DNA of 64,000 nucleotides from Candidatus Doudnabacteria bacterium. GTDB lineage: Bacteria; Patescibacteriota; Doudnabacteria; UBA920. A program made the position numbers and the translations under genes. The stretch covers positions 1,585 to 65,584 of the forward strand of contig JAHFJH010000003.1 in the NCBI GenBank assembly GCA_023245995.1. The letters run 5' to 3'. This document shows positions 38,221 through 47,238 of the stretch, piece by piece. The notes beneath the pieces are model-generated. The model did not search any database. It was not told the origin of the DNA and was given only the letters and a program-made list of their open reading frames with translations. How positions within the stretch are numbered: position 1 is the stretch's first letter; the number at the start of each line of letters is the position of its first letter.

Positions 38221-39152
38221 AGCAGTTGAGTTACCCAATTTTTATATTTATCTATTTTACCATACTGTAACTGTTCGTATGTATCTAGAAGTTGTTTCGT
38301 AACTTTACCAATGCTATGGCCAATGGCGCGTTTATCTACAGATAAAATTGGTGCAACACGAGCACTAGACCCACAGAAAAACAGCTCATCGGCAATATAC
38401 AACTCACTTCTATCTACTGCGCGAACATCCACAGGTATATTTAAATATTCCGCTATGCGCAAAATCGTATCCCTTGTAATACCTTCTAAGATGTCGGTAG
38501 AAACATCTGGGGTAACCAGCATACCATTTCTTACCATAAAAATATTGGCCACAGTTCCCTCGGTTACGTGCCCCTCACGGTCTAAACATATGGCTTCGTC
38601 GAAACCATTTAACAAAGCTTCATTTTTCATGAGGCTATTACTTACATACAAACCATTTACTTTAGCTCTGGCTGGTATGGCATCGTCCTCCACATGTCGC
38701 CATGTACTTACACATACATTTACTCCTTCTGGTTTATAAAACTGCCCCATTGGGTACACGTAAGCAGAGAAACTGTTCTGCAGACCCGCAATCCTAGTAC
38801 CGGCTATGAGCTCATCTATAAATATACTTGCACGCACCAATACATTTTCTTGAATTTGGTTCTTCTGCAAAAGCTCAATCATTAATTGTTCAAACTGCTT
38901 ATAGGGGTGGCTTTCCGCAAAGTCCGCAAAACCCATTATGCGCGCCGAATTACACAACCGTTTCCAGTGATCTGCTAACCTAAAAATGAGTAAGCTTTTA
39001 TTTTGGTCGTCCCAGACCACATTAAAAACCGTGTACACCGCCAGTCCATACAAAACCGGTGAAGAAGCAATACTCACACTAGCCTCGATAAATGGTACAA
39101 ATTCGTCACGAAATATAGCGGTACTTGTTTTATAGTTGAAATTCATATGCAT
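38217..39152 (-). CDS. ilvE: branched-chain amino acid aminotransferase (class IV PLP)
   Basis: FRLADHWKRL, AKVNGLY, EGTVANIF, LEGITR. Confidence 0.88.
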   Translation of the reverse strand: MHMNFNYKTSTAIFRDEFVPFIEASVSIASSPVLYGLAVYTVFNVVWDDQNKSLLIFRLADHWKRLCNSARIMGFADFAESHPYKQFEQLMIELLQKNQIQENVLVRASIFIDELIAGTRIAGLQNSFSAYVYPMGQFYKPEGVNVCVSTWRHVEDDAIPARAKVNGLYVSNSLMKNEALLNGFDEAICLDREGHVTEGTVANIFMVRNGMLVTPDVSTDILEGITRDTILRIAEYLNIPVDVRAVDRSELYIADELFFCGSSARVAPILSVDKRAIGHSIGKVTKQLLDTYEQLQYGKIDKYKNWVTQLL

Positions 39153-39154
39153 TC

Positions 39155-39256
39155 CAAATCTACAAATACGACAAATTTACGAATACCCACAAATAAATGC
39201 ACGTGCCGTATTGATTATCCGTAGTCATTAGTAGATTTGCCCATTAGCAAATTTGA
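39155..39256. repeat. inverted CAAAT/ACGAAT-type array
   Basis: caaatctacaaatacgacaaatttacgaat ... atccgtag..attagtagatttg..aaatttg; same family at 56645-56747. Confidence 0.7.
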
Positions 39257-39261
39257 ATAGG

Positions 39262-40539
39262 TTAAAATTTAATAATTTTCTCCAAACGTTTCTGTAGTCC
39301 CCCGTCTTTATACGGACCAACAACCGCTAAAGATGCAAATTTAGAAACAAAAATTTCCTGAGCAACTTTTTGCACTTCTATGGCAGTTACTTTGTCTATA
39401 CGTTCGAACGCTTCTTTTGGAGTACGCACCTGCTTCTTAAACGCCACTTGCTCTAAGTACCAGTCTAAGCGTACTTGGTTGTCTTCTAGGGCAAGTGTCG
39501 TCTTGCCTTTCATATACTCTTTAGCCTTCTGCAACTCTTTTTCAAGAACCGGAGTTTCAACTGCACGTTTAAGCTCTGCAAAAATTACTTGTACCGCCTC
39601 TTCTACTTTGCCAAGTTGCACGCCAGCAGAAACATAAAACTGACCAGTATCCAGAAAAGCTCCTGGACTGCACCGTACGTAGTAAGCCAGTCCGCGTTTT
39701 TCACGAATTTCTTCCCAAAGTCTTGAACTCATGCCACCGCCAAGTACAATTGAAAGCACAGAAAGAGCAGCGTTTCTCGGGTCGTTGTTATGAAAAGCCT
39801 TAAAACCAAGTACCAAATGAGCCTGTTCTGTTTCTTTTTTTATTACAGAAACTCTGGATTGTTTTTGTTTATCTGTAACTTTTTCAAAACCTCCACCGCG
39901 TCGCTTTGGAACCTTGCTCCATGTTTTTCTAATAATGCGACTTAAATCTTTTTCGTTAAATTTTCCAGACACACCAATAAGCATATTCCCCGGCAAATAA
40001 TGCCGTTGCATATATTGCCTAAAAACTGCGGGAGTAAAGCTGGTAACTGTTTTTTTAGTACCAATTATATCACGACCAAGTGCGTCTTTAGGCCACATAA
40101 GCGCGTCTAAAGCGTTGTCCGCTACCGACTGCGGGCTGTCCTTATACATGTTCATTTCTTCCACAATCACGCCCTTTTCTTTTTCAAGCTCAAGCTGGTC
40201 AAATAGTGGTGCTTGCACCATGTCACTTAAAATATCAAAAATAAGGGGTAAATATTTACTCTGCGCTTTAATATAGTACTGCGTAGACTCTTTGCTAGTA
40301 CACGCGTTCATGTCTCCACCTATTCCGTCTACTATTTCATTTATAGACAGCGCCGTTGGATATTTTTTTGTACCTTTAAACAAAAAATGTTCTAAGAAGT
40401 GCGATATACCTGCTTCTTTAGAAGTTTCAGACCGAGAACCGGTCTTAACAAAAATATCTACTACCACACTCTCAGCGTCACTACTTGGCACCGTGACAAC
40501 GGTTAGTCCATTTGCTAAAACCCTTTTCGTGTATTTCAT
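39262..40539 (-). CDS. M16 (pitrilysin) family peptidase
   Basis: HFLEH inverted zincin motif, SRLWEEIREKRGLAY. Confidence 0.95.
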   Translation of the reverse strand: MKYTKRVLANGLTVVTVPSSDAESVVVDIFVKTGSRSETSKEAGISHFLEHFLFKGTKKYPTALSINEIVDGIGGDMNACTSKESTQYYIKAQSKYLPLIFDILSDMVQAPLFDQLELEKEKGVIVEEMNMYKDSPQSVADNALDALMWPKDALGRDIIGTKKTVTSFTPAVFRQYMQRHYLPGNMLIGVSGKFNEKDLSRIIRKTWSKVPKRRGGGFEKVTDKQKQSRVSVIKKETEQAHLVLGFKAFHNNDPRNAALSVLSIVLGGGMSSRLWEEIREKRGLAYYVRCSPGAFLDTGQFYVSAGVQLGKVEEAVQVIFAELKRAVETPVLEKELQKAKEYMKGKTTLALEDNQVRLDWYLEQVAFKKQVRTPKEAFERIDKVTAIEVQKVAQEIFVSKFASLAVVGPYKDGGLQKRLEKIIKF

Positions 40540-40547
40540 AAAAATAT

Positions 40548-41126
40548 TTAACCGTTAGTTGCTAAAAACTGGTTTATATAACTCGAAGCCTCATTTAAAG
40601 TATTTATACCTAAATTACTTGCAAGCCAACTCGCACACAGTTCCTTGGCTACATGTCCGTGTTCCCTGTCTGACATTATTTCGGCTTCCACAAAGTGCTT
40701 TTGCTTGCCTCCTATAAGTATACTATCAAGCGAAACTGTTGCAGTAAACTCACCTATTTTTCCAATAAAATCTTGTCTGTGCTTTATTATGACTGGATGG
40801 TTTTTTGGCGCTTGCTCAACCATTTGTTCAAATTCTGCCTTAGTTAAATCTTTCGGCTCTTCTAGGCGAATTTTATTGCCCTGTGAATCCTGCGAGTGAG
40901 TTTTTCGGTTCCACCAATACAAAGTAGGTGTGCCTTCCACACTTACAATGCGTGCACGATCAAAATTAAATCCACCTAAAGTTGATTTTTCATGAGTAAC
41001 GTAGTGGTCCTCATGGGTTACAGGACTTTGCATATCAAACCCAAGCTTTAAAAGCAGCTCTGGCAGCTGCTTGTACTCACTAACCAATATTTCGTATTTT
41101 ACTTCTGCTTCTACAGGCGTGTCCAT
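40548..41126 (-). CDS. CYTH-domain protein
   Basis: EAEVKY (ExExK), IIKHR, FVEAE. Confidence 0.75.
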   Translation of the reverse strand: MDTPVEAEVKYEILVSEYKQLPELLLKLGFDMQSPVTHEDHYVTHEKSTLGGFNFDRARIVSVEGTPTLYWWNRKTHSQDSQGNKIRLEEPKDLTKAEFEQMVEQAPKNHPVIIKHRQDFIGKIGEFTATVSLDSILIGGKQKHFVEAEIMSDREHGHVAKELCASWLASNLGINTLNEASSYINQFLATNG

Positions 41127-41170
41127 TGCATTGCTTATTTTGATGGGAATTATAATCCCCTTATATAAAT

Positions 41171-41485
41171 TTATAAGTTTAGAATTAACAACCAAAAACT
41201 AGTCAAGACTGCCAGAGTTACAACAATTAAAATATACCCTAAAAGAGGTATAGTTTTACGAGTAATTAAAAGCATGCTAGCTATTAAAGCAATAACAGCT
41301 GATGGAAGCCCAAACAGTATGAAAATACCTACACCTCCACCTGGTACCATGGAATTTGTCCCTTGCGCAGCCATAGACATAAATAGAACAAAAAGTTCTA
41401 TTAAAGAAAATATCACCGCCATAACTGCAACTGGTGAAATATTTCTTGCCCAATTATCGTTAGGACTCTGAACTAAATTATCCAT
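41171..41485 (-). CDS. small membrane protein
   Basis: Three TMs; overlaps the glyQS stop. Confidence 0.65.
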   Translation of the reverse strand: MDNLVQSPNDNWARNISPVAVMAVIFSLIELFVLFMSMAAQGTNSMVPGGGVGIFILFGLPSAVIALIASMLLITRKTIPLLGYILIVVTLAVLTSFWLLILNL

Positions 41486-42902
41486 TTATTTTCTCGTTTA
41501 AATAATTGACAAGTTCGTCTAAGTTTACTCGCACTTGCTCTGCGGTATCGCGGTCGCGCACAGTTACAGTATCGTTTTCAAGAGTGTCAAAATCTACAGT
41601 TATGCAGAAAGGTGTACCAATTTCGTCTTGGCTGTAGTAGCGTTTACCCACGTTTCCACGATCGTCCCATGCAACGGGAAGTAGTGAGTCGTGTGAAGCA
41701 AGCTGTGAATATATTTCCTTGGCTTTTGCAACAAGCTCGGGTTTATTTTTTAGAAGCGGAAATACCGCACACTTGTACGGCGCAAGTTTAGGTGGAAGCG
41801 ATAAATATACTCGTTTATTTTCACCATCAATTTGCTCTTTGTAATGTTCGCACAAAACAGCTAAAAATGTCCTGTCTACGCCCCAAGTAGGCTCTATTAC
41901 ATGCGGTACAGTTTTCTCCCCTGTTTCTGGGTCTGTATATTTTAGTTCTTGGCCACTAGCGCGCTCGTGATTCTTCAAATCAAAATCTGTCCTGTATGCA
42001 AGACCATAAAGCTCTTTGACACCAAACGGGAAATGGTACTCAAAGTCCATAGTGCGCTTACTGTAATGTGCTAAGTCCTCACGTGGTACTTCCAACTCGT
42101 GAATGTGCTCCATACTTAACCCTAGGTCACGGGTAATCCAACTTAAAATATCCTGTCTCCACAATTCAAAATACTCATTCCAATCTGCGTCTACAGTTGG
42201 TACTGGAATAAAGTACTCAATTTCCATTTGTTCAAATTCGCGCGTACGGAAAATAAAATTCCCAGGGGTTATTTCGTTTCTAAAAGCCTTGCCTTGTTGT
42301 GCTATGCCAAAGGGAAGTTTTCTACGCGTAGTGTCAAGGACATTCTTAAACTGCACAAACATTGCCTGTGCTGTCTCTGGCCTAAAATAGGCCACACTTG
42401 TTTGGTCTTCCGACGGACCAATAAATGTTTTAAACATTAAGTTAAATTGCTTTGCCGGTCCAAGATCGTGTTGTCTTAAATGGACTGGATCAGAGACTGA
42501 ACAAATCAATAAACCCTTTATATCTTCAGGCAAGTCTTTCTCTTTTGGAAACTCATTTGGTGATATCACCCATTTGTGAATCGCCTCTAGATGGTGGTCA
42601 GCCCTAAATCGTTGATGACATTTTTTGCATTCAACAAGCGGGTCAGAAAAAGTCGCGACGTGGCCACTAGCTTCCCAAACTTTTGGGTTCATTATTAGTG
42701 CCGCGTCTAACCCCACCACATCTTCCCGGCTTTGCACAAACCGCTTCCACCAGAGCTGTTTAATGTTATTCTTTAGCTCCACACCCAAAGGCCCGTAGTC
42801 CCACGAGTTACTCAGCCCGCCATAAATATCACTCCCAGGAAAAACGAATCCTCGGCGTTTACAAAGACTTACAATCTTCTCCATCAATTCTTGTTCTGCC
42901 AT
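41478..42902 (-). CDS. glyQS: glycine--tRNA ligase (alpha2 dimeric type)
   Basis: LCKRRGF, WDYGPLG, RPETAQ, FRNEITP, REFEQMEIE, QDEIGTPFC. Confidence 0.98.
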   Translation of the reverse strand: MAEQELMEKIVSLCKRRGFVFPGSDIYGGLSNSWDYGPLGVELKNNIKQLWWKRFVQSREDVVGLDAALIMNPKVWEASGHVATFSDPLVECKKCHQRFRADHHLEAIHKWVISPNEFPKEKDLPEDIKGLLICSVSDPVHLRQHDLGPAKQFNLMFKTFIGPSEDQTSVAYFRPETAQAMFVQFKNVLDTTRRKLPFGIAQQGKAFRNEITPGNFIFRTREFEQMEIEYFIPVPTVDADWNEYFELWRQDILSWITRDLGLSMEHIHELEVPREDLAHYSKRTMDFEYHFPFGVKELYGLAYRTDFDLKNHERASGQELKYTDPETGEKTVPHVIEPTWGVDRTFLAVLCEHYKEQIDGENKRVYLSLPPKLAPYKCAVFPLLKNKPELVAKAKEIYSQLASHDSLLPVAWDDRGNVGKRYYSQDEIGTPFCITVDFDTLENDTVTVRDRDTAEQVRVNLDELVNYLNEKING

Positions 42903-42920
42903 ATGTATTTATTATACCAA

Positions 42921-43057
42921 TAAAAAAACTCATCTCTAAATATAATCACTTACATTTAGGGACGAGTCTTTAAGCCCGCGGTTCCACCCTGTTTACCCCA
43001 CTTAGCGGGATCATCTTTATTCAGTTTCAGCTCCAGCGTGCCACCGCCTTCATAGCT
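42921..43057 (-). ncRNA. glycyl T-box riboswitch (ultrashort Stem I, transcriptional)
   Basis: T-box AGGGTGGAACCGCG (42977-42990), antiterminator partner CGTCCCT, terminator ACTCGTCCCTAAAT...ATTTAGAGATGAGTTTTTTT, specifier GGC at 43040-43042. Confidence 0.9.
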
Positions 43058-43063
43058 ACTGTT

Positions 43064-43092
43064 AGTATAGCCTCCGAACTAAAGCGTGTCAA
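43064..43092 (-). promoter_or_regulatory. sigma70 promoter of the T-box/glyQS transcript
   Basis: TTGACA-17nt-TATACT. Confidence 0.85.
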
Positions 43093-43123
43093 AAATTATT
43101 AAACACCCAATCGGGTAATGATG

Positions 43124-43609
43124 CTACGCAGTATAAGCTTTGATTTGCTCATATAATAAATCAATATTATCGCTACTCCACAGCCATCGCTTTAATTCAG
43201 CGACTTTAATTCCATCTACTTCCAACACTGTGGGATAATGGGAACCACCTTTTGGTGTAATCAAAGGGCGAGGTGTATCGTACATCCTCACCGACCTCTT
43301 GTTCATCTGGACCGTAATAAAATTTCTATTTTTTCTGGCAAATAAATTACTAATAGACAATACTTTGGGCAAAGCATTTGGCTCACCATCTTCCACAAAA
43401 GCATAGGTGCCACCTAAACGTTCCGCAAGCACTAGCATAAGCTGCGCGCGTTCTCGTACACTTACCATGGCAAAAGTTAGATACATTACCAACGCTATGG
43501 GTATCCAGAAAATGTAGATCTTGTCGAACTCCAAACCATGCGAAAGTTGGTATAGGGTAATGCCAAGAAGAAGCACAACAAACGCTATGTTCACAATAAG
43601 GCTCTTCAT
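43124..43609 (-). CDS. hypothetical membrane protein
   Basis: Two N-terminal TMs from ATG 43609. Confidence 0.65.
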   Translation of the reverse strand: MKSLIVNIAFVVLLLGITLYQLSHGLEFDKIYIFWIPIALVMYLTFAMVSVRERAQLMLVLAERLGGTYAFVEDGEPNALPKVLSISNLFARKNRNFITVQMNKRSVRMYDTPRPLITPKGGSHYPTVLEVDGIKVAELKRWLWSSDNIDLLYEQIKAYTA

Positions 43610-43805
43610 AAATACACTGGCCGGCACCCGCTCCGAGTTTGGAATTAGCAACTAGGGCAACAAGATTAGCGTCCCAGAAGGAACCGTGAAGATTCCTTGG
43701 GAACATTGAAAAATTTTGAACCTTTTACAATAAATAAAACGAAATGCAGTTCTCAGAGGATCCTTGAGGGCTGTTCTAAAAATTTAAAATATAAACACCT
43801 TTGGG

Positions 43806-44777
43806 CTATTTATCTTTCTCAATGAGCATTGGGTCACTGTCAAAAGAACCAATGAAATAGAAGCGATAATTTAGATACCCTGCAATTCTTTCCACGCGAG
43901 AAAGTATTCCATAAATTTCGTTTCCTAATTTATACTCCTCTGTATTTGTCTTTACTGTACCTTCACCAAAAATACTTTTAGCTTCAGTTTTATCTATAAC
44001 AAAACCGTGGTCTTTGTATTCATTAACTAACTTTTTTGCAATATCCGCAGGATTTCCGCTAAGTGTATCCTTATGACTATTTAATAACCGTTCGGCGTAT
44101 TGTGCCACGGATTCTGCCGCCCTCTCATAATATCCAATTTGAATAGGCTCTACTGAGTATTCTAAATACCTCGCAAACATCTGTGCAGATTTGGGCATTT
44201 TACTCACTAGACTAGCTATGTGCTCAATCGAATATTTCAAAGCTAAAGCTGGCATTCCATTAATCTGCAAATCTATTGGACCTAATTCACTTAAGCTACC
44301 CATATGTATCTCATTTGCGGCACTAGCCAACAAAGTTGCTGCTGATTTTGCATACCTAGGGACGACAACTACAAACCTTCCATTACTGGACTCTCGGCAC
44401 AACTGACCAATTAAATAAGCTGCTCCAGGCTCTCCTCCATTGGAAAGCAATATTAGAAGCAAGGACTTCTCTTTGTCTTTTAAAGCAGTTATGGCTTGAT
44501 AAATTCTGTCTGAGTCGCTTTTAACCATGACAATATTATCGTACATTACGAGAATATTATAATTCTTTTCACAGGTATATTTTGCAGCAGACTGTTTTAA
44601 GTGATTGGATAATAATTGGTTGAATTTCTTTTTATCTTCTTCACTTGCTTTTTTGCCATAGCCTCCGACTAATGCTGTCAATACATCGTCGTAAGTAACT
44701 TCTAATGAAGCAGACCCTTCTATGTCTGCTGGTGCACTAGGACTTATTTCTGGTTGTACAGGAATTTGAGCGTCCAT
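43806..44777 (-). CDS. ClpP/SppA-like serine protease (SDH_sah type)
   Basis: SNGGE, PRYAKSAATL, SELGPIDLQ, YKDHGFVID. Confidence 0.85.
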   Translation of the reverse strand: MDAQIPVQPEISPSAPADIEGSASLEVTYDDVLTALVGGYGKKASEEDKKKFNQLLSNHLKQSAAKYTCEKNYNILVMYDNIVMVKSDSDRIYQAITALKDKEKSLLLILLSNGGEPGAAYLIGQLCRESSNGRFVVVVPRYAKSAATLLASAANEIHMGSLSELGPIDLQINGMPALALKYSIEHIASLVSKMPKSAQMFARYLEYSVEPIQIGYYERAAESVAQYAERLLNSHKDTLSGNPADIAKKLVNEYKDHGFVIDKTEAKSIFGEGTVKTNTEEYKLGNEIYGILSRVERIAGYLNYRFYFIGSFDSDPMLIEKDK

Positions 44778-44785
44778 AATAAAAC

Positions 44786-45106
44786 TTACTTTTTAAAACT
44801 TTTTAAATAATTTTCATACCAACCATCTTCGTTTGATAGAAATTCTTGAAAACTTTTTTTTAACCATTCGACGTATTCGGATTGGTCAAACCAGCCTTCT
44901 TTTTTTTCTTGCTCACTAGGATTTTCACCAGTCCAATCCAACTTTTCCTGTACCAACCCATAGAAAGTGCTTTGTGGTAAGGTTAAGGCATCTTCTGGAA
45001 TCTCTTCAAGGTAGTAATTGTAATATTCCTTTTCAAATTCTGGGACAGTCCATTTATTTGAAATTAAGTTATTTATCTTTTCTGCAAGGATATCTTTATG
45101 ATTCAT
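44786..45106 (-). CDS. putative toxin immunity protein
   Basis: Acidic, helical 106 aa directly downstream of the RHS C-terminal domain; PEFEKEYY motif reminiscent of colicin-D/CdiI-type immunity proteins. Confidence 0.7.
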   Translation of the reverse strand: MNHKDILAEKINNLISNKWTVPEFEKEYYNYYLEEIPEDALTLPQSTFYGLVQEKLDWTGENPSEQEKKEGWFDQSEYVEWLKKSFQEFLSNEDGWYENYLKSFKK

Positions 45107-45112
45107 AATTTA

Positions 45113-45931
45113 TTATTTTAATGGTGTAAACCTTCCATTTGCAATACCATTTTTCACATTTTCGACTGTATTAAGTCCAGCTGAAATTACTCTAGTCATT
45201 TCAGGATTGGTTGTAATTCTAATAAATCCTTCACCGCCATCAGGCCTTGCAATCCATGTATTAATATTTCCGCTGTTCCCATTATCTACAAATTTTTGAG
45301 TACTATTAGAAGCTTGATTGAGTATGTCGTTAGTACTTAAACCAAATTTTTGAGATAATGAATCTAATTTTTGTTGTGCAGATGATACAACTTGCAAGTC
45401 TCCAAAATTTGTAAGACGAGGCGCGACCTGAGAAACCTCATTGGTAACTTGAGTTGCCTGGTTACAGAAGGCTACGCAAGTTCCGCCTAAGGTGCTGATA
45501 CCAGCGGCACCTAAACCATACAATACTCCGGCAGCTCCTCCTGCTGCAATTCCCACTCCTCCAACTGCATAAGCTACTCCAACATGGTTAGTTGCGTAAT
45601 TAAATACCGGATCATATTGAGCGTAAGTATTAGCTGCATTTCCTACACTGACAAACCAAGGTGCATTTATGGAATTAAACGGATTCCATAATTGGCCTGT
45701 AGGATCATTATACAATATTGGGTTATTTCTTGCATAACTATAACTATTTAGGTTCTGCGGGTCGGAGAGGAAGACAACTAACTTCTGTTGGGTAATAGCT
45801 TTTAATTGTTGGTTGTCTCCAATAGCGAGGAAGGCCTGGTCCTGAGAAATAAACCTTCCAGTAGTCGGATTTTGATAGCGAGCATTATAATAATTTAAGC
45901 CAGTGCCTGCGTCATACTCCTGCCCCGTGAA
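45113..45931 (-). pseudogene. orphan RHS repeat-associated core plus polymorphic toxin C-terminal domain, no native start
   Basis: Open frame from 45931: FTGQEYDAGTGLNYYNARYQNPTTGRFISQD...DPQNLNSYSYARNNPILYNDPTG, then a hydrophobic Gly-rich stretch and a variable tip. Confidence 0.9.
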
Positions 45932-47176
45932 TTATTTTTGTTCCGTATAATCTTTAAACTCAACAAGCATCTTTTCAAAGTAGTCGTATTGTATAGCGTT
46001 GCGAATCTTTTCCATAAAGTTTAAGTAGAAACGCAAGTTGTGCATGGTTGCAAGACGCTCGCCTAAGGGCTCTCCTGTTTGGAACAGGTGACGCACATAG
46101 GCGCGGGTATGATGCAGACACGCGTAGCAGTTGCAGGTGGCGTCTATAGGCGTAAAGTCTTCTTTGTGCTTTTCAAGCCTGATATCAATTGTTTCGTACC
46201 CTTCTATAAATCTACTGGACAGTTCGTCATTGTCTAACGATACCTGTCCGTTATCAGGCGCAGCCCGACGTAGCCTTGGCGAAGTTGGGTCAATTTCCAC
46301 TTGCTTTGCCACATATAGCCTTCCATGCCTTGCTTCCCTTGTCGGAATAACACAATCAAACGTATCACACCCGCGGGCTACGGCCTGAATAATATCGTAA
46401 GGAGTACCTACCCCAAGTAAATGTTTAGGTGCATTTTCCGGCAAATGAGGAACAGCGGACTCAACTGCAAGCATCATTTCCTCATGTGGCTCCCCTACTG
46501 CAACACCACCAATAGCAAAACCTTCGAAGCCCAAAGCTACCATGTCCTGCGCCGATTGTTTTCGTAAATCCGGAAAGCTTGCACCTTGCACTATACCCCA
46601 AAGTTTTTGTCCGGGGTTTACTGGGTCGCCGTCTACAATAATTTTTTGATGCTCTTTTACTGCGCGCTCCGCCCAGCGTTTGGTTAGGGCTATGGACTCG
46701 AGGCTTCTTTCGTGCTCGAAAGGGAACCCAGGAAAGTCGTCTAAAATTAAGGCCACATCGCTTCCTAAGTTTGCCTGTATGTCTACCGACTTCTCAGGTG
46801 ACAAAATTTCATGTTTACCGTCCATGTCAAACTGGAACATGACACCAACTTCCATGGTCTTTCGCATTTTTGCCAAAGAGTAAACTTGAAACCCGCCAGA
46901 GTCGGTAAAAATTGGTCCATGCCAATTCATAAACTTATGCAAGCCACCGGCTTTGTAAATAAGTCCGTCACCAGGCCTCTGCCACAAGTGGTAGGTATTT
47001 GCTAACACCATAGAAGCACCCCAAAATTTTAGCTCTTCACTAGTAACTGCTTTTACAGTACCGCGAGTACCAATAGGCAAAAACTGTGGCGTATGTACGT
47101 CACCATGCGCTGTATGTATAACGCCCTTCCGTGCGCGTGACGACGGATCCTTTTTTTCAATTTCAAAATAATCCAT
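45932..47176 (-). CDS. tgt: tRNA-guanine transglycosylase
   Basis: LANTYHL, TDSGGFQ, GIVQG, DCVIPTR, CNCYAC Zn site, HNL. Confidence 0.97.
   Translation of the reverse strand: MDYFEIEKKDPSSRARKGVIHTAHGDVHTPQFLPIGTRGTVKAVTSEELKFWGASMVLANTYHLWQRPGDGLIYKAGGLHKFMNWHGPIFTDSGGFQVYSLAKMRKTMEVGVMFQFDMDGKHEILSPEKSVDIQANLGSDVALILDDFPGFPFEHERSLESIALTKRWAERAVKEHQKIIVDGDPVNPGQKLWGIVQGASFPDLRKQSAQDMVALGFEGFAIGGVAVGEPHEEMMLAVESAVPHLPENAPKHLLGVGTPYDIIQAVARGCDTFDCVIPTREARHGRLYVAKQVEIDPTSPRLRRAAPDNGQVSLDNDELSSRFIEGYETIDIRLEKHKEDFTPIDATCNCYACLHHTRAYVRHLFQTGEPLGERLATMHNLRFYLNFMEKIRNAIQYDYFEKMLVEFKDYTEQK
46263..46291 (-). repeat. family B element in frame inside tgt
   Basis: GACCCAAC-TTC-GC-CAAG-GC-TAC-GTCGGGC encodes DPTSPRLRRA. 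Confidence 0.8.
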
Positions 47177-47238
47177 AAAGATAAAAAATGGACGCCCGCT
47201 TAGGACGGATGTCCATCTTATAAATAAATTTCTGTTAG

